Of a stretch of DNA of 36,211 bases, positions 16,583-25,229 are shown in pieces. The position numbers were made by a program, and so were the translations under genes. The stretch is from IMG/VR virus record IMGVR_UViG_3300009177_000024; one strand, given 5' to 3'. Source of the stretch: a virus. Position 1 is the stretch's first letter; each line of letters begins with the position of its first letter. Below the pieces are notes generated by a model. It did not search any database and had not been told where the DNA came from. It was given only the letters and a program-made list of their open reading frames with translations.

Positions 16583-16866
16583 CGAAATATTACGTTGACG
16601 CTGAGGGCGTCTATGTCGGTGGATTCGATGGTGCTGATCCACCTGAAGGCTCTATCGAGGTTCCTGATGCCCCTCCTCATGGCGCGTGCAAATGGAATAA
16701 CGGATGGTGCCAGCCTCCGGCTTACGTGCTGAACGCGCCAATCCTGGAGCAGTTGGAGCGCATTGATGCCAAGAGTATTCGGGCGCTGCGTGAGAATGAC
16801 CAGACACGCATCACTTACCTCGAAGCTGAAGCTGCCGCGCTCCGCCTGCAACTTGTGAAGGACTGA
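16579..16866 (+). CDS. tail fibre assembly/chaperone-like protein
   Basis: Small ORF directly after the fibre gene, overlapping its stop. N-terminal YYVD..G...G motif and a C-terminal helical segment are typical of Tfa-like proteins. Confidence 0.5.
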   Translation: MTKYYVDAEGVYVGGFDGADPPEGSIEVPDAPPHGACKWNNGWCQPPAYVLNAPILEQLERIDAKSIRALRENDQTRITYLEAEAAALRLQLVKD

Positions 16867-16869
16867 GCG

Positions 16870-17760
16870 ATGCCTTTTGTGCGAGTTCCGAATTGCGGCA
16901 GCGCGGGGGTCATCAAAGACCTGTCGAAGCACGAATTGCCGCTGCCAGCCTGGACGGATGCGAACAACTTCCGCTTCCTGGATGGTTACGCGCAGCAGTT
17001 CCTGGGCCATGGCGCTGCATACGGCGTGCCGCCAATCATTCCCTATCATGTGCTGCCGGTGACCGCGCAGGGACAGCGTTATTGGCTCTATGCTGGCGCG
17101 GCTAAAATCTTCGCCGCATCGATTACTGGTGGCGCCGCGGTGCATACTAACCTGACGCGCCAGACTGCTGGTGTCGATGTCGATTACACAGGCACGCCGA
17201 ATCAGTGGACTTCCACCTTGCTCTCTGGAATCCCGATCTTCAATGCAGGCAACCTGGTCGATCCTCCGCAGCGCTGGGATTTGAACATCGCCAATCGCAT
17301 GCAGAAGCTGGACAATTGGCCGAACAATACGTTCTGCAAGGCACTTCGCACGTTCAAGAACTTCCTGGTAGCGCTGAACGTCACGAAGAGCGGCAACAAC
17401 TTCCCATTCATGGTGAAATGGTCCGCCCCGGCTGATCCTGGCGCGGTGCCGATCACCTGGGATGAAACTGACGCAACTCAGGATGCGGGTGAGCAGGATC
17501 TAGCCGAAAGCAACGGCGCCATCATAGATGGTCTTCAGCTGCGCGACGTCTTCATGATCTACAAGGAAGACAGCGTCTGGCGCATGAGCTATACCGGTGG
17601 TGCGTTCGTCTTCGCTTTCGAGAAGGTACTAGGCGTTTCCGGCGCTCTGAACAAGAACTGCATCGTAGAGGTCGACGGCTTTCATTTCGTGCTGACTGGC
17701 TCCGACGTGATCGTCCATGATGGGCAGAATTCCACGTCGATCCTCGATAAGCAGGCCTGA
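16870..17760 (+). CDS. tail structural protein, N-terminal segment (296 codons, ends at in-frame UGA 17758-17760)
   Basis: ORF in the structural module. The same frame continues after the stop. Confidence 0.75.
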   Translation: MPFVRVPNCGSAGVIKDLSKHELPLPAWTDANNFRFLDGYAQQFLGHGAAYGVPPIIPYHVLPVTAQGQRYWLYAGAAKIFAASITGGAAVHTNLTRQTAGVDVDYTGTPNQWTSTLLSGIPIFNAGNLVDPPQRWDLNIANRMQKLDNWPNNTFCKALRTFKNFLVALNVTKSGNNFPFMVKWSAPADPGAVPITWDETDATQDAGEQDLAESNGAIIDGLQLRDVFMIYKEDSVWRMSYTGGAFVFAFEKVLGVSGALNKNCIVEVDGFHFVLTGSDVIVHDGQNSTSILDKQA

Positions 17761-18438
17761 CGCGCGTTATTCCAAGACTTCGATGTGAGCGCCATCGACC
17801 GCGCGTTCGTGTTCAAAAACCCGTTTCTGAATGAAGTATTCGTCTGCTATCCGCAGGCTGGCAATGCGATCCCGAACAAGGCGCTGGTATGGAATTATCG
17901 TGACCGCACTGTTTCCTACCGCGACATCCCGGCTCTGCACCATGCCAACTTCGGCGCGGTGGACAGTTCCCTTGGTGATGTGTGGGACAGCGATGGCGAT
18001 CCATGGAACTCTGACCTGACGCTGTGGAACGGCCCAGATTTCACGCCGAATACCACGCGCGTGCTGATGGCATCCGATGCACAGCGACTTTATCTGCTCG
18101 ACGTATCGGCCAGCTTCGATGGCATCAAGCCGAATTGTGTCCTGGAGCGTGTCGGCCTGTCCTTTGATGCGCCGGAAAGGATAAAGCTGGTGCGTGGCAT
18201 CCGACTGCGCGTGACTGGAGGCGTTGGAGACAACATCACGGTCAAGATCGGCGCTTCTGATGACCCTTATGTCGATCCTGTGTACTCGGCCACGATGACC
18301 CATACCATCGGCTCGACGATTGCCTGTGATTGCTTCGTATCGGGTCGGTATATCGCGGTGCGCATCGAGAGTGGATCGTCGTATTTCGCGCGCATTGATT
18401 CCTTTGACCTGCATATCGAAGTTGTAGGGGAGTGGTAA
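17761..18438 (+). CDS. tail structural protein, C-terminal segment (same frame as 16870..17760; first canonical start is the GTG at 17785, without a Shine-Dalgarno sequence)
   Basis: Only 8 sense codons separate the UGA from the GTG. No purine-rich Shine-Dalgarno sequence. The protein text reads continuously across the stop. Confidence 0.65.
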   Translation, partial: RALFQDFDVSAIDRAFVFKNPFLNEVFVCYPQAGNAIPNKALVWNYRDRTVSYRDIPALHHANFGAVDSSLGDVWDSDGDPWNSDLTLWNGPDFTPNTTRVLMASDAQRLYLLDVSASFDGIKPNCVLERVGLSFDAPERIKLVRGIRLRVTGGVGDNITVKIGASDDPYVDPVYSATMTHTIGSTIACDCFVSGRYIAVRIESGSSYFARIDSFDLHIEVVGEW

Positions 18439-18716
18439 TGCGTAATCCGAATCTTGGTAGCGTGCAATTCGTACCCGGCGATCCAGGGCAAATTGTCTCT
18501 CTGGAACAACTAACCCGCTATGTACGCGAGATGGAGCAGCGTATGGCGATGGCGTTTCAGGCGTTGGCAGCTGGGCACCTAGACCCGGTCTTTGTCGTGC
18601 CAGAGAAGCCGCGACCAGGCGATATCCGCTATGCCGACGGCGTCAAGTGGAACCCAGGCTCAGGCGAAGGCATCTATTTTTACAATCAGTCCGGTATCTG
18701 GACGCAGCTCGGCTAA
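18438..18716 (+). CDS. small conserved virion-module protein, 92 aa
   Basis: GGGGAG precedes an ATG that overlaps the upstream TAA. Motif KPRPGDIRYADGVKWNPGSGEGIYFY recurs near phage fibre genes (memory only). Confidence 0.65.
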   Translation: MRNPNLGSVQFVPGDPGQIVSLEQLTRYVREMEQRMAMAFQALAAGHLDPVFVVPEKPRPGDIRYADGVKWNPGSGEGIYFYNQSGIWTQLG

Positions 18717-18729
18717 ATAGGAGCGCATT

Positions 18730-19026
18730 ATGGGATTTTTGAGCAATCTTCTGCCACTGGCTGGCTCTGTGGTCGGCAATATCGTTGCTCCTGGCATCGG
18801 CGGCGCGATTGGTGGCGCACTTGGCAGCGCACTAGGAGGAAGTTCCGGTGGTGCGCAGCAATCCGGGACTGCCACATCGACCACCAAACAGGAAATCGAT
18901 CCGCGCATCGCATCCATCTTGTTCGGCTCCAATGGCAATAATGGCGTCCTGAACCAGTTCGCCGGATACCTAAATACACCGCAAAGCGCAGCCTCTCAGA
19001 TCATCGGTGGTCAGTCAGGTGAATAA
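18730..19026 (+). CDS. glycine-rich virion protein, N-terminal segment (98 codons, ends at in-frame UAA 19024-19026)
   Basis: AGGAG precedes the ATG. Gly-rich hydrophobic N-terminus. Confidence 0.7.
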   Translation: MGFLSNLLPLAGSVVGNIVAPGIGGAIGGALGSALGGSSGGAQQSGTATSTTKQEIDPRIASILFGSNGNNGVLNQFAGYLNTPQSAASQIIGGQSGE

Positions 19027-19995
19027 CTGAAGAATGTCGGCCCGGCTGATCTGGATGCGATCCGTCAGGCATCGCTCGGTCTTATCAAGGGCAATGAGGC
19101 GCCGTATATCAGCAATCCTCTGTGGACCAGCAGCGCACAAATCAAGGCGCCGAACCAGAACACACTGGACCTGAAGAACGCCTATCAGAACGTGATTTAC
19201 GGCGATGCAGGGGCGAATCCTTACCTGACCAATGCTCTGCAAAGTGGTATCGATCTGTCGCGCGCGAACTTCAATGCAGCCCAGAATGACGCCACCCGCA
19301 ACCTTCAGGAAAACATCCTGCCGTCCATCCGTAGCGGCGCCATTGCAGCAGGTGGCTATGGCGGTTCACGCCAAGGCATCGCGGAAGGTCGAGCGCTTAG
19401 CGACTTTGGCCGCGCGCAACAACAGGCTCTGACACAGTTCGGCCTCGGTAATACTGCAGCGGTAACCGGTGCGCAGTCCGATGCCTTTAACCAGGGCCAG
19501 AACCGTTCGCTGTCAGCATTGCAGAACCTGAGCGGCCAGCAATATGACACAGCGCGCGCACAGGCAGCGTTGGATCAACAGGCCGCGCTGGCAAACCAGA
19601 ATGTGAACACCGACTACATCAAGAGCAACCAGCAAGCACAGCTCCAGACGAACGCGCAGAACAATGCTTCGAAACTGGCTGGCGCTGGTCAACTTGGTGA
19701 CTTGCTGAGCCGTGCGTATGGCTACAGCAATGCGAACGACAACTATGGCATTAACCGCGCCCAGCAGACCGCAGGCTTGCTGTCCCCATTCCTGAACGTG
19801 AACGGTTCGACCACCAGTTCGCAACCTCTGTATTCCAATCCGAGCGGTAATATCCTGGGTAGCGCTCTGACCGGCGCCGGACTAAGCGGCTTGTTTGGTG
19901 GTGGCAGCAGCAGTGGAAAATCCAGCCTCGGCAACATCTTCGACTTGTTCGGTTCCGGTTCTGGCGGTACGCTCGGCGGCAGCTTGATTTTCTAA
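19027..19995 (+). CDS. Q/N/G-rich virion (ejection-type) protein, same frame as 18730..19026; no canonical start until the GTG at 19192
   Basis: 55 sense codons (LKNVGPADLDAIRQASLGLIKGNEAPYISNPLW...) follow the UAA with no ATG, GTG or TTG. Confidence 0.6.
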   Translation: MKNVGPADLDAIRQASLGLIKGNEAPYISNPLWTSSAQIKAPNQNTLDLKNAYQNVIYGDAGANPYLTNALQSGIDLSRANFNAAQNDATRNLQENILPSIRSGAIAAGGYGGSRQGIAEGRALSDFGRAQQQALTQFGLGNTAAVTGAQSDAFNQGQNRSLSALQNLSGQQYDTARAQAALDQQAALANQNVNTDYIKSNQQAQLQTNAQNNASKLAGAGQLGDLLSRAYGYSNANDNYGINRAQQTAGLLSPFLNVNGSTTSSQPLYSNPSGNILGSALTGAGLSGLFGGGSSSGKSSLGNIFDLFGSGSGGTLGGSLIF

Positions 19996-20004
19996 GAGGA
20001 CACC

Positions 20005-21651
20005 ATGGGAATTCTCGATTCGCTTTTTAACGGTTCGTTATCGCCAGAACAGAGTCAGGCGCTGCTTGGCGCCGCAGCGCAAGTGTTCCAGGCTTCCGGT
20101 CCGTCGCGCACGCCAACCAGCTTCGGCCAGATCCTCGGCGGCGGCTTGCAGGCTTATCAGCAAGGCATCAATGAGGCTGAGCAGCGCAAGCAGCAACTGG
20201 CCTCTCAGGCGCTCAATTCGCGGCTTTTGGGGCTGAAGATTCAGGATGCCGAGAGCGACCTTGCTAACCAGCAAGCGCAGCGTGAACGCGCTTCAAAGCT
20301 GGCCAAATTCTATGAGAAGGACGCGTTATCGTCGGCGCCTTCACCCGATGCTGTGACCTCGCGCGCTGTGTCTTCGTTGATTGACCAGGTCGGCAATGCC
20401 GCGCCAACAATCGACAATGCGTCCGTGCTGTCGAATATCCGTTCCATGCAATCGCCGCAGCAACAAGCTGTTAGCGGAACGCCAAAACAAAGCCTGTTCG
20501 AAAGCCGTTTGGCTCAGGCTGACCGGCTGCGTGCGGCAGGCTTTGGTCCTGAAGCAGACGTTACTGAAAAGAACGCACTCGCCTTCATGCCAAAAGTCAA
20601 AGGCTGGGAGAAGGTACAACAGAACGGTCAAGTGATGTTCGCCCCGTTCTTCGAAGATGGCAGCAGTGGCGCGCCAGTTCCGCTTTCGGTAGCTGAAAAG
20701 CTGGAAAAGGTTGATCTGGGAGGAACTTCTCAGTTAGTGAATCCATTCACTGGTCAAGTAATAACTTCTACCGCTAAAACTGCCACTCCCGGAGAGCAGC
20801 TAACTGCACGTACCGCAGCGAATCGTCTTGCATTCGATAAAGAGCAGATTGGCGACAACGGGACTGGGCCACTGACTCAACAGGCTATCGATAATGCCGC
20901 AAAGCGTTATAACTACGATGGGACACTCCCTCAGATGGGAATGGGGAAAGCTGCTGCCGCAGGGCGATCTGTAATTTTGAACCGTGCTGCGGAGCTTGCT
21001 GGAGAAAGCGGCAGTACAACCGGTGGACGGGAGGAACAGCTTTCCAACAAAGGAAATATTGCATCGCAGAACGCAGCTGTGCGGTCATTCACATCTGGCA
21101 AACAGGGCAATACCGTCAGGTCATTTAATACTTCTATCGCTCACTTAGATACGTTGAACAGTCTTGCTGATGCGCTTAACAATGGAAATATCCAAGCCGT
21201 AAATCGAATCGGTAATTTCTATAACCAACAGACAGGTAATCCTGCTCCTACAAACTTCAATGCGGCTAAAAAAATTGTTGGCGATGAGGTTGTTAAGGCT
21301 ATTGTAGGATCTGGTGGCGGTGTGCATGATCGCGAAGAAGCTGCAAAAACTATCGATGCAGCTAACAGCCCTGCTCAGTTGCAGAATGTGATCAAGACAT
21401 ATCAAGAGTTGATGGTCGGTCAGCTGGCAGGTCTTGAGCAGCAATATAAATCGTCCACCAACCGGAACGATTTTCAAAATCTATTGTCGGATCGATCCAG
21501 AGAGATTTATCAGCAATCGCATGGGGTATCTCAGTCGCCTAAGACAGCAACCTTGGCTGACATTGCTGAAACTGCCAGATCTTCTGGTAAATCAACGGCA
21601 GAAGTCACCGCAAGACTTAAAGCATTGGGTTATAAAATTGGAGGTGAATAA
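20005..21651 (+). CDS. large virion protein, 548 aa (putative internal/ejection protein)
   Basis: AGAGGA precedes the ATG. Q/A/S-rich with coiled-coil stretches. Position matches podovirus internal proteins. Confidence 0.7.
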   Translation: MGILDSLFNGSLSPEQSQALLGAAAQVFQASGPSRTPTSFGQILGGGLQAYQQGINEAEQRKQQLASQALNSRLLGLKIQDAESDLANQQAQRERASKLAKFYEKDALSSAPSPDAVTSRAVSSLIDQVGNAAPTIDNASVLSNIRSMQSPQQQAVSGTPKQSLFESRLAQADRLRAAGFGPEADVTEKNALAFMPKVKGWEKVQQNGQVMFAPFFEDGSSGAPVPLSVAEKLEKVDLGGTSQLVNPFTGQVITSTAKTATPGEQLTARTAANRLAFDKEQIGDNGTGPLTQQAIDNAAKRYNYDGTLPQMGMGKAAAAGRSVILNRAAELAGESGSTTGGREEQLSNKGNIASQNAAVRSFTSGKQGNTVRSFNTSIAHLDTLNSLADALNNGNIQAVNRIGNFYNQQTGNPAPTNFNAAKKIVGDEVVKAIVGSGGGVHDREEAAKTIDAANSPAQLQNVIKTYQELMVGQLAGLEQQYKSSTNRNDFQNLLSDRSREIYQQSHGVSQSPKTATLADIAETARSSGKSTAEVTARLKALGYKIGGE

Positions 21652-23363
21652 TGCCAGGCCGTGATCTTTCTTCGGAACTTTTCGGTTCCACTCCGGCTCC
21701 TACGTCTGGTGGACGCGATCTGTCTGCCGATCTAGGATTAGGCAGCGCAAAACCTTTGAGCCGTGCCGAGAAGTTCGTCAAAGGCTTGCGTGATCCGATT
21801 GATGCTGGCGCGCAGTTGCTGGTAAATCTGCTTCCTAACAGCGTGGTCAATGCTGGCAATCAACTGAATAACTATCTGGCCGAAAAGACCGGCCTTGTGG
21901 CGCCGCTGAAGACCGATGTCACGGCATCGGATCTGGCTTCTGGTGACACTTCAACTGGTGTCGATCGACTGATCAAGCAGGGCGAGAAAGAGTATCAGGC
22001 GCGGCGTAAGGTTGCTGGTGAAGAGGGCATTGACGCCTACCGGCTGGCTGGTAACATCCTGAACCCTGCCAACCTAGCTGTTGCCTCGCGTCTGCCACAA
22101 GCTGCCTCTCTGGCCGGTCGAATCGGTATCGGTGCGTTGGGTGGCGGTCTTTCCGGTGGTCTGACGCCTGTTTCGGAAGGCGATTTCACCAATGAGAAGC
22201 TGAAGCAGATCGGTGCTGGCGCCGCAGCTGGTGGCCTGCTGCCAGTCCTAACAGGTGCAGCTAGCCGTCTTATTAGCCCGAAAGCTTCGACTAATGCCGA
22301 CCTGGCTTTGCTGCGCGGTGAAGGTGTGCAGCCAACGATCGGGCAAGCTTTGGGCGGTGGCGCCGCGCGTGCCGAAGAAAAGCTCCAGAGCCTGCCTCTG
22401 GTTGGCGACATGGTCACGAATGCCAGGAAAGCAGCCAATAGCAGCTTCGAGAGCGCGGCCTATAACCGTGCCCTGGCTCCGATTGGTGATGCTGTGCCAT
22501 CTGGGCTGAAAGGCTGCGATGCACTGAATTACACCGAGAACGCTCTGAGCGGCGCTTATGATGACGTTCTGAGCCGAATCGGTGCCATCACGCCTGATGC
22601 GCAGTTTGGCAACAAGGTTCAGCAGCTGCAATCCATGGTTGGGCGCCTGATGATCCCGGCAGCTGAAAAGCAGAAGTTCGCTGCAGCGCTTAATGACGTG
22701 CAGTCATCGATCGACTCAAATGGTGTCATTACATCGGACATCTACAAGACGCTGGAAAGCTCTCTCGCATCTGATGCACGTAAGCTGGCTGGCTCTCAGA
22801 ACATCTATGAGGGCAAGATCGCTCCAGCTGTACAGCAGCTTCGCGCAGAACTGCAAGACATGCTCCAGCGCCAGGCAGGACCAGCCGCGGACGATCTGAA
22901 GGCGGTCAATTCGGCATGGGCCAACTTCAAACGTGTTCAGCGCGCAGCAGGTAGCACTGGCGCCGAGAATGGCGAGTTCAGCCCAGCTCAGTTCCAGGCA
23001 GCGGTGAAAGCGCTCGACAAGTCGAAGGACAAGGGCGCATTCGCCCGTGGTAGCGCACTGGGCCAAGACCTCGGCGATGCTGGCAAAGCAGTCCTTGGCG
23101 GCAAGGTGCCAGACAGCGGGACCGCTGGGCGATTGCTGCTCAACGGCGCCGCGCTGGGTGGTGGCGCAGCACTCAGCCCGACAGCGCTGCTGACTACTCT
23201 CGGCGTCGGTGCTGCCTATCTGTCACCAGTGCAGCGCGCGCTTGTATCGGCGGTGGCAAATCGCCCAGCATCGGCCCAACAGGTGGCCGAACTCCTCCGG
23301 CAGTCCTCGCCCTACCTTCTGCCTGCGAGCGGCCAGCTTACATTGCCACTGTTGCAGCAATAG
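21651..23363 (+). CDS. large virion protein, 570 aa (putative internal/ejection protein)
   Basis: Start overlaps the upstream stop (ATAATG). Gly/Ala-rich hydrophobic segments (GIGALGGGLSGGL, GAGAAAGGLLPVLTGA). Confidence 0.7.
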   Translation: MPGRDLSSELFGSTPAPTSGGRDLSADLGLGSAKPLSRAEKFVKGLRDPIDAGAQLLVNLLPNSVVNAGNQLNNYLAEKTGLVAPLKTDVTASDLASGDTSTGVDRLIKQGEKEYQARRKVAGEEGIDAYRLAGNILNPANLAVASRLPQAASLAGRIGIGALGGGLSGGLTPVSEGDFTNEKLKQIGAGAAAGGLLPVLTGAASRLISPKASTNADLALLRGEGVQPTIGQALGGGAARAEEKLQSLPLVGDMVTNARKAANSSFESAAYNRALAPIGDAVPSGLKGCDALNYTENALSGAYDDVLSRIGAITPDAQFGNKVQQLQSMVGRLMIPAAEKQKFAAALNDVQSSIDSNGVITSDIYKTLESSLASDARKLAGSQNIYEGKIAPAVQQLRAELQDMLQRQAGPAADDLKAVNSAWANFKRVQRAAGSTGAENGEFSPAQFQAAVKALDKSKDKGAFARGSALGQDLGDAGKAVLGGKVPDSGTAGRLLLNGAALGGGAALSPTALLTTLGVGAAYLSPVQRALVSAVANRPASAQQVAELLRQSSPYLLPASGQLTLPLLQQ

Positions 23364-23510
23364 GGAAATCAGGCTAGTTGTTGCGCCAGAGATGGCGGCG
23401 CGCACGATCTGATCGTCCATTTTCGTTCCTTTGCATGAAATTTTCCGCATGCAAAGTTTACCAGCAGTAAAATTACCGCTAGCATGCGGATTTATTCGAA
23501 AGGAAACAAA

Positions 23511-23603
23511 ATGAAGCAACTGAATATGGGTGTGGGTGCAGGCGGCGCGAAAGATCCTCAGAAGGCGAAACAGCCTGTGACGCCGACTAAGAAGAAAAAA
23601 TGA
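23511..23603 (+). CDS. possible 30-aa basic peptide (not in the ORF track)
   Basis: AAAGGAAAC precedes the ATG. Its stop overlaps the next ATG (ATGA). Very short, so doubtful. Confidence 0.3.
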   Translation: MKQLNMGVGAGGAKDPQKAKQPVTPTKKKK

Positions 23604-24022
23604 ACACTTGGCGCCATCGCCTGTTCATCGGCGTGATCCTCTGGGCTGTCCACCAGGTTCACGCCGAGTTCAATGCCCCGCTGCCTAATACGCAGTTCTG
23701 GGCACTGATTTTCTTCGGTACTGCTGCGACTTTAGAGGCTTTTATCTGTTTCGCGATTCCAGAGTATCTGGAGGGGGATTTATGTGACGACATGATAAAG
23801 CTAGGGTATGTATGCATTGTCTTAGATGCCATTGGATGTGCCGGTTACATGCTGAAGTTCCCCTCGATGTATTACAACAATCTGATGTGGGGGCTTAGCT
23901 TCATCCAGTGGATAAGACTACTTTTTGTGGACAGTGACCATGCTCTATCTGTGTGGAACAATCTGGTTCGGCGCGCTCATTCTTTGGGTGCGAAATTTAC
24001 TTATCAAAAGGCGCATAAATGA
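23600..24022 (+). CDS. integral membrane protein, about 4 TM, 140 aa
   Basis: Four hydrophobic segments. First gene of the lysis-region cluster. Confidence 0.65.
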   Translation: MNTWRHRLFIGVILWAVHQVHAEFNAPLPNTQFWALIFFGTAATLEAFICFAIPEYLEGDLCDDMIKLGYVCIVLDAIGCAGYMLKFPSMYYNNLMWGLSFIQWIRLLFVDSDHALSVWNNLVRRAHSLGAKFTYQKAHK

Positions 24023-24279
24023 GCGATCAAGAAAGCGTAAAAGCGGCGCTTGAGACAGCGCTTCAGACTGCGTTGAGTAACCCAAAAATTTCGACGTTGG
24101 TCGGCGCGCTGACCGGGACATCTGGTCTTGCTGCATTGATGAGCGGCATCAACAGCATTCTCGGTGTCATCTCAATCACGATCAACTGTGTGATCGGCTT
24201 CTATACCATCCGTAATCTGAGGCTCCGCGGGAAAATCCTGGAGCGAATGGACCGCAATGGCGAGAGCCTGAAGGAATGA
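24019..24279 (+). CDS. holin-like 2-TM protein, 86 aa
   Basis: Two hydrophobic helices and a charged C-terminal tail (RLRGKILERMDRNGESLKE). Translationally coupled to the endolysin gene. Confidence 0.55.
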   Translation: MSDQESVKAALETALQTALSNPKISTLVGALTGTSGLAALMSGINSILGVISITINCVIGFYTIRNLRLRGKILERMDRNGESLKE

Positions 24280-24764
24280 CCATGCTGAACTTCGATGATG
24301 CCTTCGCGCGCCTGATGGTGAATGAGGGAGGCTACGCAAACCGCGATGCAGCCTCAGATCCAGGTGGCGAAACCATGTGGGGCGTGACCAAAGCCGTCGC
24401 ACGAGCATGGGGCTACGAAGGCGAGATGAAGGCTCTCCCGCAAGATACAGCCAAGCAGATCGCGCGCGCCAATTACTGGACGCCATATGGCTGTGATCAG
24501 CTTCCTCCTGCCATTGCCTTCCATGTCTTCGATACGGCATATCACGGTGGCATGCCAGTGCGCTGGCTGCAATCCTGCGTAGGCTCGACATCAGATGGCA
24601 TCATCGGCCCCAAAACGATCCAGGCTGTTCGCTCTGCAAATTCGGCTGAGCTGGTGATGCAATTCACCCGCAAGCGCATGGCTTACCTGCGTGGCCTGAA
24701 GAACTGGTCCCAGAATGCTGGCGGCTGGGTTGATCGTCTTATGCGAAATATGGAGGTATTCTGA
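24276..24764 (+). CDS. endolysin, GH108 N-acetylmuramidase with a PG_binding_3-type C-terminal domain
   Basis: Motif L.VNEGGY.N...DPGGETMWGVT and the downstream DGIIGPKTIQAV. Confidence 0.85.
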   Translation: MTMLNFDDAFARLMVNEGGYANRDAASDPGGETMWGVTKAVARAWGYEGEMKALPQDTAKQIARANYWTPYGCDQLPPAIAFHVFDTAYHGGMPVRWLQSCVGSTSDGIIGPKTIQAVRSANSAELVMQFTRKRMAYLRGLKNWSQNAGGWVDRLMRNMEVF

Positions 24765-25192
24765 TGGCTGCCGCTGACCCAATCACTGCCGTTCTCAATA
24801 TCGGCACTACGCTTATTGAGCGTCTGTTCCCCGATCCTGCTCAGAAGGCCCAGGCAAGCCTTGAACTGCTCAAAATGCAGCAATCTGGCGAACTGGCTCA
24901 AATGAACGCCGATACGCAACTTGCAACGGCCCAAACTGATATCAACAAGGTTGAAGCCCAGAGTTCTTCTCTTTTTGTCGCGGGGTGGAGACCATGCTTA
25001 GGATGGGTATGTAGTCTGTCTTTCGGATTCAAGTTCATCGGCGGACCGCTACTGGTCATGGTGGCATCGTATTTCGGCCACAACATTCAGCTGCCACAGT
25101 TCGACTACTCCGAGATGTCCACAATCCTGATGGGTATCCTTGGTCTTGGCACGATGCGTACTTTCGAGAAGATCAAGGGCGCCACCAAATAA
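24764..25192 (+). CDS. 3-TM holin (GTA-type holin family)
   Basis: N-terminal ...LIERLFPDPAQKAQA...L.......N..EA.S...FVAGWRP..GW.C signature followed by TM segments. Confidence 0.7.
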   Translation: MAAADPITAVLNIGTTLIERLFPDPAQKAQASLELLKMQQSGELAQMNADTQLATAQTDINKVEAQSSSLFVAGWRPCLGWVCSLSFGFKFIGGPLLVMVASYFGHNIQLPQFDYSEMSTILMGILGLGTMRTFEKIKGATK

Positions 25193-25216
25193 AAAACCCG
25201 CCGAAGCGGGTTTCAT
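25191..25216. terminator. Terminator hairpin between the convergent late and leftward operons (stronger for the minus strand)
   Basis: AAAAAACCCGC-CGAA-GCGGGTTT. The minus strand reads the stem followed by T6. Confidence 0.7.
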
Positions 25217-25229
25217 GGGCACGGCTTGG

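Noticed and set aside
17758-19026. Alternative genetic code (TGA or TAA reassigned) or selenocysteine as the explanation for the two in-frame stops
   Set aside because: TGA, TAA and TAG all serve as ordinary terminators of many well-delimited genes in this genome, with stops followed by coupled starts. Only two interruptions exist. The hairpin after the UGA does not show a recognisable bacterial SECIS apical loop, and a Sec residue in a tail protein is implausible.
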